A model generated the notes under the pieces. It searched no databases. It worked only from the letters and a program-made list of their open reading frames with translations, and was not told the DNA's origin. A program made the translations under genes and the position numbers. A stretch of DNA of 64,000 nucleotides from Candidatus Latescibacterota bacterium (lineage in GTDB: Bacteria > Latescibacterota > UBA2968 > GCA-2709665), in assembly GCA_965219995.1 (NCBI GenBank), contig CBDCOX010000002.1, forward strand, positions 224,001 to 288,000, given 5' to 3'. This document shows, one piece after another, positions 1 to 9,269 of this stretch. The first letter of the stretch is position 1; the number at the start of each line of letters is the position of its first letter.

Positions 1-148
1 GAACTCGTGCACTCCACCCATCCGGCGGAAACGTATAATCCGAACTGGCGGCTTATCGAGTAGTGCGCCGTCCGTGGCCGGGAGCCCGTGCGGTTCCGGG
101 TTCACGGCAGTTGTTGCATTCGGCACGGAACCATCCAAGGAATTCGCC

Positions 149-3100
149 GTGGATCCGAGATTTCTCCTGGAAGAAGGCGTTGGGATCTTTACCGGCAATG
201 AGCTCATTGTCAAGGGCGGTCTGGAACACCGCATGGGGTTGCTGACCGGCTACCCGGGCTCTCCGGTCGCCGAGGTCTTCGATGCCGCGGAACGCATCCG
301 GGAACTGCTGGTGGAGCAGGGCGTCGTCGTACAGATCGCCAACAACGAAGCGCTCAGTGCCGCGCGGCTCAACGGTTCCCAGATGGCGCCCGTGCGCGCG
401 ATGGCGGTAATGAAGAGCGTGGGCGCCCATGTGGCTTCCGACGGGCTTGCTCTCGGCAATATGGCGGGCACGGCGCCCGGAGGCGCGGCGGTTGCGGTGT
501 TCGGCGACGATACCTGGTCCGAAGGCACCCAGGTGCCGGCCGATTCCCGGTTTATTGCCAAACATCTCTATATGCCCATTCTTGAGCCAAGTACGTTCCA
601 GGAAATCAAGGACTGGATCGGGGCCGCGTTCGACCTGTCGGAAAAGACACGCCTTTACGTGGCCTATCTGGTGACATCCAACCAGGCCGATGGAGGGGGC
701 ACGGTCGAGGTGGCGGCCAATCGTTTTCCCGACCTGACGGCGAACACGCCCTTAACGATCGACAGCGGGTCGATTCCGCTGGACGACCGGGTGATCATCC
801 CGCCAAGCACGGCCGTCAAAGAGGAGGACGTCCTTCATCGACGGATGCCGGAGTTTATCGAATGCGCCCGTGAATACAATCTCAATCGCATTCTGTATCC
901 GCCTGAATCGGGGAAAAAACGATTGGGATTCGTCAGTTCCAGCCTCGCCTACTGCTATCTGGAGCATGTGATGAATATGCTGGGGCTGGAAGGCAGCATT
1001 CCGATTCTGAAATACGGGCTGACGTATCCGGTCGACCCGGAGATACTGAAGACCTTCGTGGCCTGTGTCGACGAAATATACGTCGTGGAAGAAAAGCGCG
1101 GGTTTCTGGAGGGGCAGGTCACGGCCGCGCTGCAGAGGCTGCATCAGGATGGTGAGATCGGCCCGTTCCGAGTCTGGGGGAAGCGCTTTCCCGGCGGCCA
1201 ACCGGGCATTCCGGACAGCAAGGGGATGAATCCCTCCATCCTGCTCAAGGCGCTCTCGCCCGTACTGCTGCGGCTGGACGATCCCACCGTCCCCATCGAT
1301 CGGGAGCGGATTGCGCGGGAAGTGGACCTGGTAAACGAGACGGCCGGCTACCAGATTCAGGCGGCGGTTCGCACCCCGTCCTTCTGTCCCGGTTGCCCCC
1401 ATCGCGATTCCGCCAGTGTCTTGAATCGGGTCATCGACGATTTCAGCAGCGCGGACTATATGAGGAAACACCATCAGAGAGATCCCGCCGACCTGGTGTT
1501 TCACGGCGACATCGGTTGCTATTCCCTCCTGAAATACAAGCCTTTCGACCGGCTGATGCACAATTTGTCCGGTATGGGTCTGGGCGGCGGCACGGGCGCC
1601 GGGATCGATCCCTATATAGATAACAAGCAGCTTGTCTTTATGGGAGACTCGACCTTCTTTCACAGCGGAATGGCGGCGATTTCCGATTCCATCAAACATG
1701 GCCAGGACATTACCTACGTCATTCTGGACAACAAGACGACGGCGATGACAGGGCACCAGCCCACGCCGGGCGTCGACGTGGATATTCTCGGCAAGCCGAC
1801 GTTCGCACAGGATATCGAGCAGGTTGTGCGGGGGATGGCGGGCGACGGGGAAAGCGTGTTTATCGCGCGGATGGATCCGGCGGAGCGGACGTCCTATCGG
1901 CAGAACCTTGAGCGCGCGCTCTTGAAGGACGGCGTGAAGATCATGATTGCGGACAAGGAATGCGGAATCACCTTCCACCGCAGGCAGCGAGCCTTGCAGA
2001 ACGATATCGTTCAGGACAGGGGATACCTGCCCGAGGAGCGTCACATCAACATTACGCCGGAGGTCTGCGAATATTGCCTGGAATGCACGCGGGCAACCGG
2101 GTGCAGCGGATTGACGGTGGAGGAGACGCTCCACGGTCCGAAAATTGCCACGGATCTGTCCCTGTGTGTCGCGGACGGCGCCTGCACTCGGGTGACCGTT
2201 TCGAACGGCGACGGCACCTGCCCGTCGTTCGAAGAGGTTATCGTCAGGCGCTCCCGGGCCACGCGGCGACAGACGGAAGCCATCGACCTTTCGAATCTGC
2301 CGGCGCCCGACGTCAAGAAGTTTGACGCCACCTGGTACGCGTACATCGCCGGTGTGGGGGGCATGGGCATCAATACCATCGCCGCGATTCTCTCCGTGGC
2401 CGGCGCCCGTCAGGGGTACACCGTACGGTTTACCAACAAGAAGGGGTTGGCGATCCGAAACGGGGCCGTGTATTCCCACGTGAGCTTCGCGAAGGGCGAC
2501 CGCGTGATTTCCCAGATCACCCCCTACGGTCATGCCGATTTGCTTCTGGGCCTGGATATCCTGGAGGCGGTGCGCGGACTGGAATCCCTGGGAAACGGAC
2601 GTGTGGCCAGCCCCAGGCATACGACCGCGGTGGTGGAGACCGGGAAGCGGCACACGGTGCTGACGCTCACCGGTCAGGACGAGTTCGATACCGCGGAACT
2701 GGAGGAAGTGCTGAAGCGCCACACCAGATCCGAGGCGTATTTCGGGATGGACCTCGGGGAGATATCGGAGCGTTTCCTGGGCAACAAGATCTACGCGAAC
2801 AGCATCCTTCTCGGAGTTGCGTATCAGCGGGGCGTGTTGCCTCTGGATCTGGAGAACATAAGATGGTCGATGCGGCGCAACATTAAACGCAGCGACCTCG
2901 AGTCCAATTTCAGGGCCTTTGATCTCGGACGCAAGATCGCCATCGATCCGGAAGTCGTCGCGCAGGAGAAACCCGCGCTTTCCTCCAACGAACTGATTGA
3001 AGACAAAGCCGGCATTCTTGAACGCGGAAGGGGCAGGAAAGCGAGCGCGGCGTACCTCGAGCTGACAGCCGAGGCTGCGTCGCTGGACCTTGCTGAAGAG

Positions 3101-3754
3101 GATCGTCTGCAGTTTGCCCTGGGTGTGTACGATCTGATGCAATGGGATGGCGCGGACTACGCCGGGTCGTACGTGAGGCGGGTGCGGAAGGTGTACGAAA
3201 GAGACCGCCCCGACGAGGGATACGAGGCGACCCGCGCGGTCATCAGATATCTGCCTCGCGTGATGGCCTACAAGGATGAGGTGTACGTCGCGCATCTGCT
3301 GACCAGTGAAGAAAAATACCGGCGCGACCGCGAGCGATTCAACGTGAGCGCCGAACGCGGAGACCGGATTTCCTACCGTCACTTCAACCGGGGCAATTTC
3401 AATATTCTCGGGTTCAACGTGTATCTCAAGCTGACAACCCGGGACTGGATGCTGAAGTTGATGAAACGAATGAAATTCCTGCGGAAGTTGATGCCGGCGT
3501 GGCATCGGGAGGAAAAGGCGTACCGCGACTGGTACGTCGATTTTGTCGACCGGTTCGAATACGATCATGAGGAACGGTACGGGGACTACGTGCGGGTGTT
3601 CCGCATGCCGGAGGAAGTGCGTGGCTATCGCGAGGTGATCCGCCCCAGGATCAAGGCGGCGTATCAGGCGGCCGCAGCGATGATGGACGGCAACGGACGC
3701 CCCCGGTCGGCCGAACCCTATCTTGCCATCGAGCCCGTTGTTGAACGGGTCTGA
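149..3754 (+). CDS. Indolepyruvate ferredoxin oxidoreductase family protein (fused alpha/beta, about 1200 aa)
   Basis: GYPGSP, RTPSFCPGCPH, GDIGC, TPP-binding MGDSTFFHSG...N, CEYCLEC ferredoxin-like motif, beta-like AGVGGMG domain and C-terminal MAYKDEVYVAHLL. Start moved from 74 to GTG 149, which follows an AAGGA RBS. Confidence 0.9.
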   Translation: MDPRFLLEEGVGIFTGNELIVKGGLEHRMGLLTGYPGSPVAEVFDAAERIRELLVEQGVVVQIANNEALSAARLNGSQMAPVRAMAVMKSVGAHVASDGLALGNMAGTAPGGAAVAVFGDDTWSEGTQVPADSRFIAKHLYMPILEPSTFQEIKDWIGAAFDLSEKTRLYVAYLVTSNQADGGGTVEVAANRFPDLTANTPLTIDSGSIPLDDRVIIPPSTAVKEEDVLHRRMPEFIECAREYNLNRILYPPESGKKRLGFVSSSLAYCYLEHVMNMLGLEGSIPILKYGLTYPVDPEILKTFVACVDEIYVVEEKRGFLEGQVTAALQRLHQDGEIGPFRVWGKRFPGGQPGIPDSKGMNPSILLKALSPVLLRLDDPTVPIDRERIAREVDLVNETAGYQIQAAVRTPSFCPGCPHRDSASVLNRVIDDFSSADYMRKHHQRDPADLVFHGDIGCYSLLKYKPFDRLMHNLSGMGLGGGTGAGIDPYIDNKQLVFMGDSTFFHSGMAAISDSIKHGQDITYVILDNKTTAMTGHQPTPGVDVDILGKPTFAQDIEQVVRGMAGDGESVFIARMDPAERTSYRQNLERALLKDGVKIMIADKECGITFHRRQRALQNDIVQDRGYLPEERHINITPEVCEYCLECTRATGCSGLTVEETLHGPKIATDLSLCVADGACTRVTVSNGDGTCPSFEEVIVRRSRATRRQTEAIDLSNLPAPDVKKFDATWYAYIAGVGGMGINTIAAILSVAGARQGYTVRFTNKKGLAIRNGAVYSHVSFAKGDRVISQITPYGHADLLLGLDILEAVRGLESLGNGRVASPRHTTAVVETGKRHTVLTLTGQDEFDTAELEEVLKRHTRSEAYFGMDLGEISERFLGNKIYANSILLGVAYQRGVLPLDLENIRWSMRRNIKRSDLESNFRAFDLGRKIAIDPEVVAQEKPALSSNELIEDKAGILERGRGRKASAAYLELTAEAASLDLAEEDRLQFALGVYDLMQWDGADYAGSYVRRVRKVYERDRPDEGYEATRAVIRYLPRVMAYKDEVYVAHLLTSEEKYRRDRERFNVSAERGDRISYRHFNRGNFNILGFNVYLKLTTRDWMLKLMKRMKFLRKLMPAWHREEKAYRDWYVDFVDRFEYDHEERYGDYVRVFRMPEEVRGYREVIRPRIKAAYQAAAAMMDGNGRPRSAEPYLAIEPVVERV

Positions 3755-3817
3755 TACGGAAGGCGGCGGCGGCCCGGCAGCCTCAAGGAGCCGTCGCGTC
3801 CTGTCCGGGAAGGAGAT

Positions 3818-4867
3818 ATGTTAAAGGTCGGGGTTGCCGGTTTGAGGCGTGGACGTGGCCTTGCGAATACGTTTCAGAACCATCCGGAAGCGCGACTTGC
3901 GGCGATCTGCGATCCTGTAAGGGAACGGAGGGAGCAGGAAGCCGAGGCCTTCTGCGTCGAATCGGCGTACGCGGATTTCGACGCGTTTCTGGAGGCGGGC
4001 CTGGATGTCATCGTGGTAGCGACGCCGGCGCCCATGCACGCGAACCATTCCATTCGGGCGATGGAAGCTGGCGCCCACGTCCTGAGCGAGGTTCCAGCCG
4101 CCTGGTCGCTGGACGAGGCCAGCGCGCTGGCCGATGCCGTTCGCCGCACCGGGCGGATCTACATGATGGCAGAGAATATGAACTTCTACCATTATGTTCA
4201 GGACTGGAAGACGAAGATTCAATCGGGTGCGATCGGGCGAGTCTTCTATGCCGAGGCCGAGTATATACACGATTGTCGGAAACTGATGCAGGGTCCGGAG
4301 GGAGAACTGACGTGGCGGGCGTCGATGCCTCCCATTTATTACTGTACCCACAGCCTCGGTCCGGTATTGGATATCCTGGACGACCGTTGTGTTTCCGCGG
4401 TGGGCATGTCGACGGGCACGCATACCGAGCCCCAGATCGGCTCGATTGACATGCAGGTGGGGTTGTTCCGGACCGCGAAGGGTAACGTCATCAAGATCCT
4501 GTGCGGGTTTACGGTGACCAGGGAGCCCGGGATGCACTGGCAGATCTTCTACGGTACCGAGGGTACCCTGGAAAACAGACGGGCGCCGTGGGAAGACGCC
4601 AAGATTTTCCGTATGGGTGAGGGGCCAATGGAGAAAATCCAGGCACTGGACTCCGATCCCGATGCGTCCGTGGAGGCCAGGGCCGGTGGGCACGGGACCT
4701 CGGAACATTTCATGGTGGACCGGTTCGTGCGGGCCGTCAATGGACAGGGTCCCGTACCGATAGACGTCTACCGTTCGCTGGACTTTTCGGTCCCGGGACT
4801 GTGCGCGCATCTGTCGGCTCAACAGGGAAGCGCGCCGGTCGACGTTCCGGATTACAGGGGCCGCTGA
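3818..4867 (+). CDS. Gfo/Idh/MocA family oxidoreductase
   Basis: KVGVAGLRRG Rossmann start, ATPAPMH, HVLSEVP, YCTHSLGP; AGGAG RBS. Confidence 0.88.
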   Translation: MLKVGVAGLRRGRGLANTFQNHPEARLAAICDPVRERREQEAEAFCVESAYADFDAFLEAGLDVIVVATPAPMHANHSIRAMEAGAHVLSEVPAAWSLDEASALADAVRRTGRIYMMAENMNFYHYVQDWKTKIQSGAIGRVFYAEAEYIHDCRKLMQGPEGELTWRASMPPIYYCTHSLGPVLDILDDRCVSAVGMSTGTHTEPQIGSIDMQVGLFRTAKGNVIKILCGFTVTREPGMHWQIFYGTEGTLENRRAPWEDAKIFRMGEGPMEKIQALDSDPDASVEARAGGHGTSEHFMVDRFVRAVNGQGPVPIDVYRSLDFSVPGLCAHLSAQQGSAPVDVPDYRGR

Positions 4868-5066
4868 GTTCCGGCGTTCAGGTACGGCGCCGGGGTCGGC
4901 CCGGCTGCGAACCTGATTCGGGATCCTCGTCTGCAATCTTGAAACGGTCGACCCGATTGGGAATATTCGACGGGCAATCGGGCGAAATCTACGAAACGGG
5001 TCCGGTCGGAACCAGCGGGATTCGACCGCATCCTACGCTGTTTTCAATTTCCAAGGAGGGCGTGTT

Positions 5067-6212
5067 TTGGCTGCCAATGAGTGGACGACGGTCAATGCTT
5101 CGGGAAATCTGCGCGTGGTGGTTACCAAGGAGCTTCCTGGCGACCGCTGGCTGAATATTCTGGAACAGGCGGGCTGTCGCGTTGAATACAATACCTCCAC
5201 CCGGATCCTGCAGGTGGATGAAATCGAAGCGGCAATCGGCAATCGTTGCGACGGCGTGATCGGACAGCTTACCGAAGATTGGGGCGAACCGCTCTTTTCG
5301 GCACTGAAAACGGCCGGCGGAAAAGCCTACAGCAACTACGCGGTAGGCTATAACAACGTGGACGTGGACGCGGCCACGCAGAATGGAATTCCCGTGGGAA
5401 ACACGCCGGGCGTATTGACGGAGACCACTGCCGAAATGGCGATCGCGCTCACGTTCTCGGCCGCGCGCCGCGTGGTGGAAGCGGATGAATACATGCGCGG
5501 CGGAAGGTACGAAGGTTGGCTTCCCACCCTGTTCCTGGGGCAGTTGCTCAACCGGAAGACCGTCGGCGTGATTGGCGCCGGGCGAATCGGTGCGACCTAT
5601 GCGCGAATGATGGTCGAAGGGTTCAAGATGAACTTCATCTATTACGATCCCTACCCGAATGAACGACTCGAAGATTACTTTCGGGACTACGCCGCGTTCC
5701 TTGAGGCTCACGGCGAAGAGCCCGTGAGCGTGACCAGGGCGGACACCGCGGAAGAGGTGTTGCGCGAGGCCGACGTGGTAAGCCTGCATCCACTTCTGGA
5801 TCCGACAACGCACCACCTGATGAACGAGGAACGCCTGAACCAGATGAAGTCCGATGCGATTCTGGTAAACGCGAGTCGCGGCCCCGTCATCGACGAAACC
5901 GCGCTCGTGGCGCACTGCAGGAAGAATCCGGACTTCCGGGTCGGGCTCGACGTCTTCGAAGACGAGCCGGAAATGAAGCCCGGATTGAATGAACTGAACA
6001 ACGTGGTGATCGTTCCCCACATTGCGTCGGCGACGAGTTGGACCCGCGAAGGTATGGCGACGCTCGCCGCCAGCAACGTCGCCGGCGTTCTAAGGGGCTT
6101 TCCCGCGTGGGCGGACCAGAACGACATCCTGCCCTTTCTGGGCGACGGCGCGCCCAACGCGTGTCCGAGTATCGTGAATGCAGAAGAACTCGGACTGCCG
6201 GTCGCCGGGTAA
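5067..6212 (+). CDS. D-glycerate dehydrogenase / hydroxypyruvate reductase, plant HPR1-like
   Basis: AVGYNNVD, GNTPGVLTETTAE, GAGRIG, NASRGPVIDE, GLDVFEDEP, PHIASA; TTG start after AAGGAGG. Confidence 0.9.
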   Translation: MAANEWTTVNASGNLRVVVTKELPGDRWLNILEQAGCRVEYNTSTRILQVDEIEAAIGNRCDGVIGQLTEDWGEPLFSALKTAGGKAYSNYAVGYNNVDVDAATQNGIPVGNTPGVLTETTAEMAIALTFSAARRVVEADEYMRGGRYEGWLPTLFLGQLLNRKTVGVIGAGRIGATYARMMVEGFKMNFIYYDPYPNERLEDYFRDYAAFLEAHGEEPVSVTRADTAEEVLREADVVSLHPLLDPTTHHLMNEERLNQMKSDAILVNASRGPVIDETALVAHCRKNPDFRVGLDVFEDEPEMKPGLNELNNVVIVPHIASATSWTREGMATLAASNVAGVLRGFPAWADQNDILPFLGDGAPNACPSIVNAEELGLPVAG

Positions 6213-6240
6213 TCAAACCCGTCCGGCTGCGGATGACCAG

Positions 6241-6298
6241 AAACAGAGCGGCGGGGTTCCACGCGCACAAGGCGTGAAATCCCGCCGTTCGGTTTTTC
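6241..6298. terminator. Long GC-rich hairpin between convergent genes, probable (bidirectional) terminator
   Basis: GAGCGGCGGGGTTCCACGC pairs with GCGTGAAATCCCGCCGTTC; AAA before and TTTTT after. Confidence 0.6.
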
Positions 6299-6313
6299 GT
6301 GGCACGGCGCCTT

Positions 6314-7171
6314 TCACTCCGTTATCTTCGCAATTGCGATTCCGTATTCACCGGCGACGGAGTAGAGAAGATAGGTATCGGCGTCCTCCCGGTAGATCCC
6401 CGGATCGCGAAGCTGCCGCACCCGCTCGGGGGACCATCCGCGGCGGGAGGGCTCGAGGGGAAGCTCGGCCCCTTCGTAGTCGGTTTCGGGTTCGAGGATG
6501 ACCTCGGCCTCGGACGCCCGCCAATTCATCCAGTCCGGCGTAAGGTCGACGCGGGAGAGCAGAATCCGTTCGGGGCAGTCGTGTGCGTCTGAATAAAGGA
6601 CCGAAAGTGTGTCACCATCCAGTTTCACGGCCGTATGGCGCTGGTCTTCGGTGAACAGCATGGGACCCTGCCGGAAATCCGTCAGGCCATCTCGCGACCG
6701 ATAGAAAACGCCGGGCATACCCAGCGCATACGTCTCGCCGCGCCACCGGAAGACCCGGAAGTAGGAATTGCCGAGATTTTCCGGATAGGCTGTGAAGTGA
6801 ATCCCGTCGGCCGACAGCGCGACTTTGGACTGCTGGCCGTGGCCCGGCACCGGTCCGTGGTAGTACATCCTGATTTCACGATTCCGGTTGTCCACGTGGA
6901 CGTCCGGCGAGGCGAGGTGTCCGGTCGTGTAGGCGTCGTTCAGGTCCAGCACCCCGGGTTCGTAGGTGGTCCACGGACCCGAGAGCCGGTCCGAAAAGGC
7001 AAGGCGGATATACTCGCCCCGATGGTGGCCGAAATAGAGATAGTACCTGCCGAGGGGGTCCGGGAGCCACTCTGGGACCCGGACGAGCGATGGACCGTTG
7101 ATGTTGTCACCCATCCGGGAGTCCATATGCGGACGGATGATGGGATTGTTCGGCAGTCTTTCGATGCGCAT
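6314..7171 (-). CDS. Five-bladed beta-propeller glycoside hydrolase-like protein (GH32/43/130 fold)
   Basis: NINGPS...YYLYF, ASPDVHVD...MYYHG and LRDPGIY...YLLYS blade motifs. Confidence 0.65.
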   Translation of the reverse strand: MRIERLPNNPIIRPHMDSRMGDNINGPSLVRVPEWLPDPLGRYYLYFGHHRGEYIRLAFSDRLSGPWTTYEPGVLDLNDAYTTGHLASPDVHVDNRNREIRMYYHGPVPGHGQQSKVALSADGIHFTAYPENLGNSYFRVFRWRGETYALGMPGVFYRSRDGLTDFRQGPMLFTEDQRHTAVKLDGDTLSVLYSDAHDCPERILLSRVDLTPDWMNWRASEAEVILEPETDYEGAELPLEPSRRGWSPERVRQLRDPGIYREDADTYLLYSVAGEYGIAIAKITE

Positions 7172-7260
7172 TGACGGATCCTCCTTCAGGCCGGCTGCGC
7201 CTTGACGCGGGCCGCGCCGCCGCCGGCCGTACGGTCTTTCACCAGAGCGGGAGTCTGACG

Positions 7261-8244
7261 TTGGCGGAAAAGAGGTTCAACAGACGCCTGTCGGTCGCAC
7301 CGATGATGGACTGGACGGACAGGCACGAACGGTATTTCCTGAGGTTGTTTTCACGGCACATCCTTCTATACACCGAGATGATCACCGCGGATGCGGTCCT
7401 GCGGGGCCGACGAGAGCAGCTTCTGAAACACCATCACCGTGAGCATCCGGTGGCGCTTCAGCTGGGAGGGTGCGATCCGGCGGCGCTGGCGCGCTGTGCG
7501 CGGATCGGCCGGGACTTCGATTACGACGAGATCAATCTCAACGTGGGCTGCCCGAGCGACCGCGTGCAGGCCGGCCGGTTCGGCGCCTGCCTCATGGCGG
7601 AGCCCGATCTGGTCGCACGTTGCGTAGCGGCCATGCGCGAATCGGTAGAAATCCCGGTCACCGTGAAGACGAGGATTGGTATCGACAACCGGGACTCCTA
7701 CGCGGACCTCGCGCATTTCGTGCGGACGGTTTCAGGCGGCGGATGCCGCGTGTTCGTCATCCACGCGAGAAAGGCGTGGCTGCATGGATTGAGTCCGAAG
7801 CAGAACCGGGAGATCCCTCCGCTGCGATACGACGTGGTACATCGTCTGAAACAGGACTTCCCGGACCTGGAGGTCGTTCTGAATGGAGGAATCACAACCC
7901 GCGAGCAGGTGCGGGAACACCTCGAGTACGTGGATGGCGTCATGATCGGGCGCGAGGCCTATCAGAATCCCTATTTCCTGGCGTCGATGGACCAGGCGTT
8001 CTACGGCGATCCGCGCCCCGTGGCCGGGCGGGGGGAGATCCTGGATCGATTCTGTGAATACGTCGACGATCAGTTGCGCCTGGGGATGCCGCTGGTTGGC
8101 ATGACGCGGCACATCCAGGGCCTTTTTCAGGGGTTGCCGGGCGCCCGCGCCTGGCGCCGGCACCTGAGCGAGAACGCGCACAGGCGCGGATCGGGTGTCG
8201 AGGTGATCCGGCAGGCCGCCACCTTCGTCCTGGGGCCGTCGTGA
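7261..8244 (+). CDS. dusA: tRNA dihydrouridine(20/20a) synthase DusA
   Basis: SVAPMMDWTDRH, NLNVGCPSDRVQAGRFGACLM, HARKAWLHGLSPKQNREIPPL, GREAYQNP. Start taken as TTG 7261 after GGGAG. Confidence 0.93.
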   Translation: MAEKRFNRRLSVAPMMDWTDRHERYFLRLFSRHILLYTEMITADAVLRGRREQLLKHHHREHPVALQLGGCDPAALARCARIGRDFDYDEINLNVGCPSDRVQAGRFGACLMAEPDLVARCVAAMRESVEIPVTVKTRIGIDNRDSYADLAHFVRTVSGGGCRVFVIHARKAWLHGLSPKQNREIPPLRYDVVHRLKQDFPDLEVVLNGGITTREQVREHLEYVDGVMIGREAYQNPYFLASMDQAFYGDPRPVAGRGEILDRFCEYVDDQLRLGMPLVGMTRHIQGLFQGLPGARAWRRHLSENAHRRGSGVEVIRQAATFVLGPS

Positions 8245-8289
8245 CTCGCCCTACACCTGACGATGATGGACTCCTTTCCGAACGGCTGC

Positions 8290-9075
8290 TCACGTCTGTG
8301 ACGCCTGCCGGCAGGCTGCAACCAGTTCGCTGTGGGACGTGGTGTATCCTATATTGACTTCCGTATCGATGACGGCGGCCCGGGACAGGTCCAGATTTTC
8401 GGACGTGTCCGCGACTTCGATGGCGGTGGTGCAGTCTCTGATGAGGATGACGTCGTACCCGCGGTCTTTCATGGCCCTCATGCCGTAGTCCCTGAAGGGG
8501 ACGCACATGTTTGCGGCGAAGCCGGCGTAGAACAGGTGCAGGATCCCCCTGTGCTTCAGCAGGCGGTGCAGCTGGGCGCCGGTTACGACAACTTCGTCAC
8601 CGTCGCAAGGTTCGGCTTCGGGAATGATGCGGCGGTTCCTGATGGTGTCTTCGAACTCCTGATCGTGCGGGTCTTTCGGCTGTGCCCACGCTTCGTAGTC
8701 GCCCGTCCTCGAGCGGAATTCCGCGGGAGGCCAGTCATCGGGGGCCGGACCGGGGCGTCCGAAGACTTCGTCATCGCCCGCAAAGCGGGTCCACGCCTCA
8801 TAGCGTTTGGCGCAGTCCGGGCTGGGCGCGTGGATCACCGCGGCGTCGACCGATCGGAAGGCCTCCGCAACGGGAATGATGCGTTCAAGGGTGATGTCTC
8901 TCCCGCGCTTCAGGTGCGTGCTCACAAAGTGGTCGCTCCACACGTCCACCAGCACCAGTGCGATCCGGTCCGCAGGATAGTCTCGCCGCAGGGTCCGGAG
9001 ATGGAATTCGTCCTCGGTCACTTTGGCGCGCCGGGTGAGGTGATAGTACCGGACGTCCAGCCGGATGTTCTTCAT
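8290..9075 (-). CDS. Isochorismatase / cysteine hydrolase family protein
   Basis: ALVLVDVW and YAGFAANMCV (catalytic Cys), GYDVILIRDCT. Start taken at MKNIRL (9075). Confidence 0.75.
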   Translation of the reverse strand: MKNIRLDVRYYHLTRRAKVTEDEFHLRTLRRDYPADRIALVLVDVWSDHFVSTHLKRGRDITLERIIPVAEAFRSVDAAVIHAPSPDCAKRYEAWTRFAGDDEVFGRPGPAPDDWPPAEFRSRTGDYEAWAQPKDPHDQEFEDTIRNRRIIPEAEPCDGDEVVVTGAQLHRLLKHRGILHLFYAGFAANMCVPFRDYGMRAMKDRGYDVILIRDCTTAIEVADTSENLDLSRAAVIDTEVNIGYTTSHSELVAACRQASQT

Positions 9076-9269
9076 GGCGGACCTTTCGTTTCGGGGCGGA
9101 GATTTCGAACCGTTTTTCCGAATGTAATATGGCGAGGGTCGAACACCGGTGTCAAGGACAACCCGCGGCCCGGGGGGTTTCGGCGCCGCCGATCCGGCGT
9201 GTACGGGCGGCATTGGTTTTTGGAAGGTCAACTTAAAACAGCTTCTAAGAGAGGAAGGCGGCTTTCGGG

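Noticed and set aside
752-3568. Long antisense or alternate-frame ORFs (e.g. 752-3568, 26917-28830, 33554-35824, 36736-38460, 54952-57126)
   Set aside because: Shadow ORFs expected at high GC; they overlap well-supported genes and contain no recognisable motifs.
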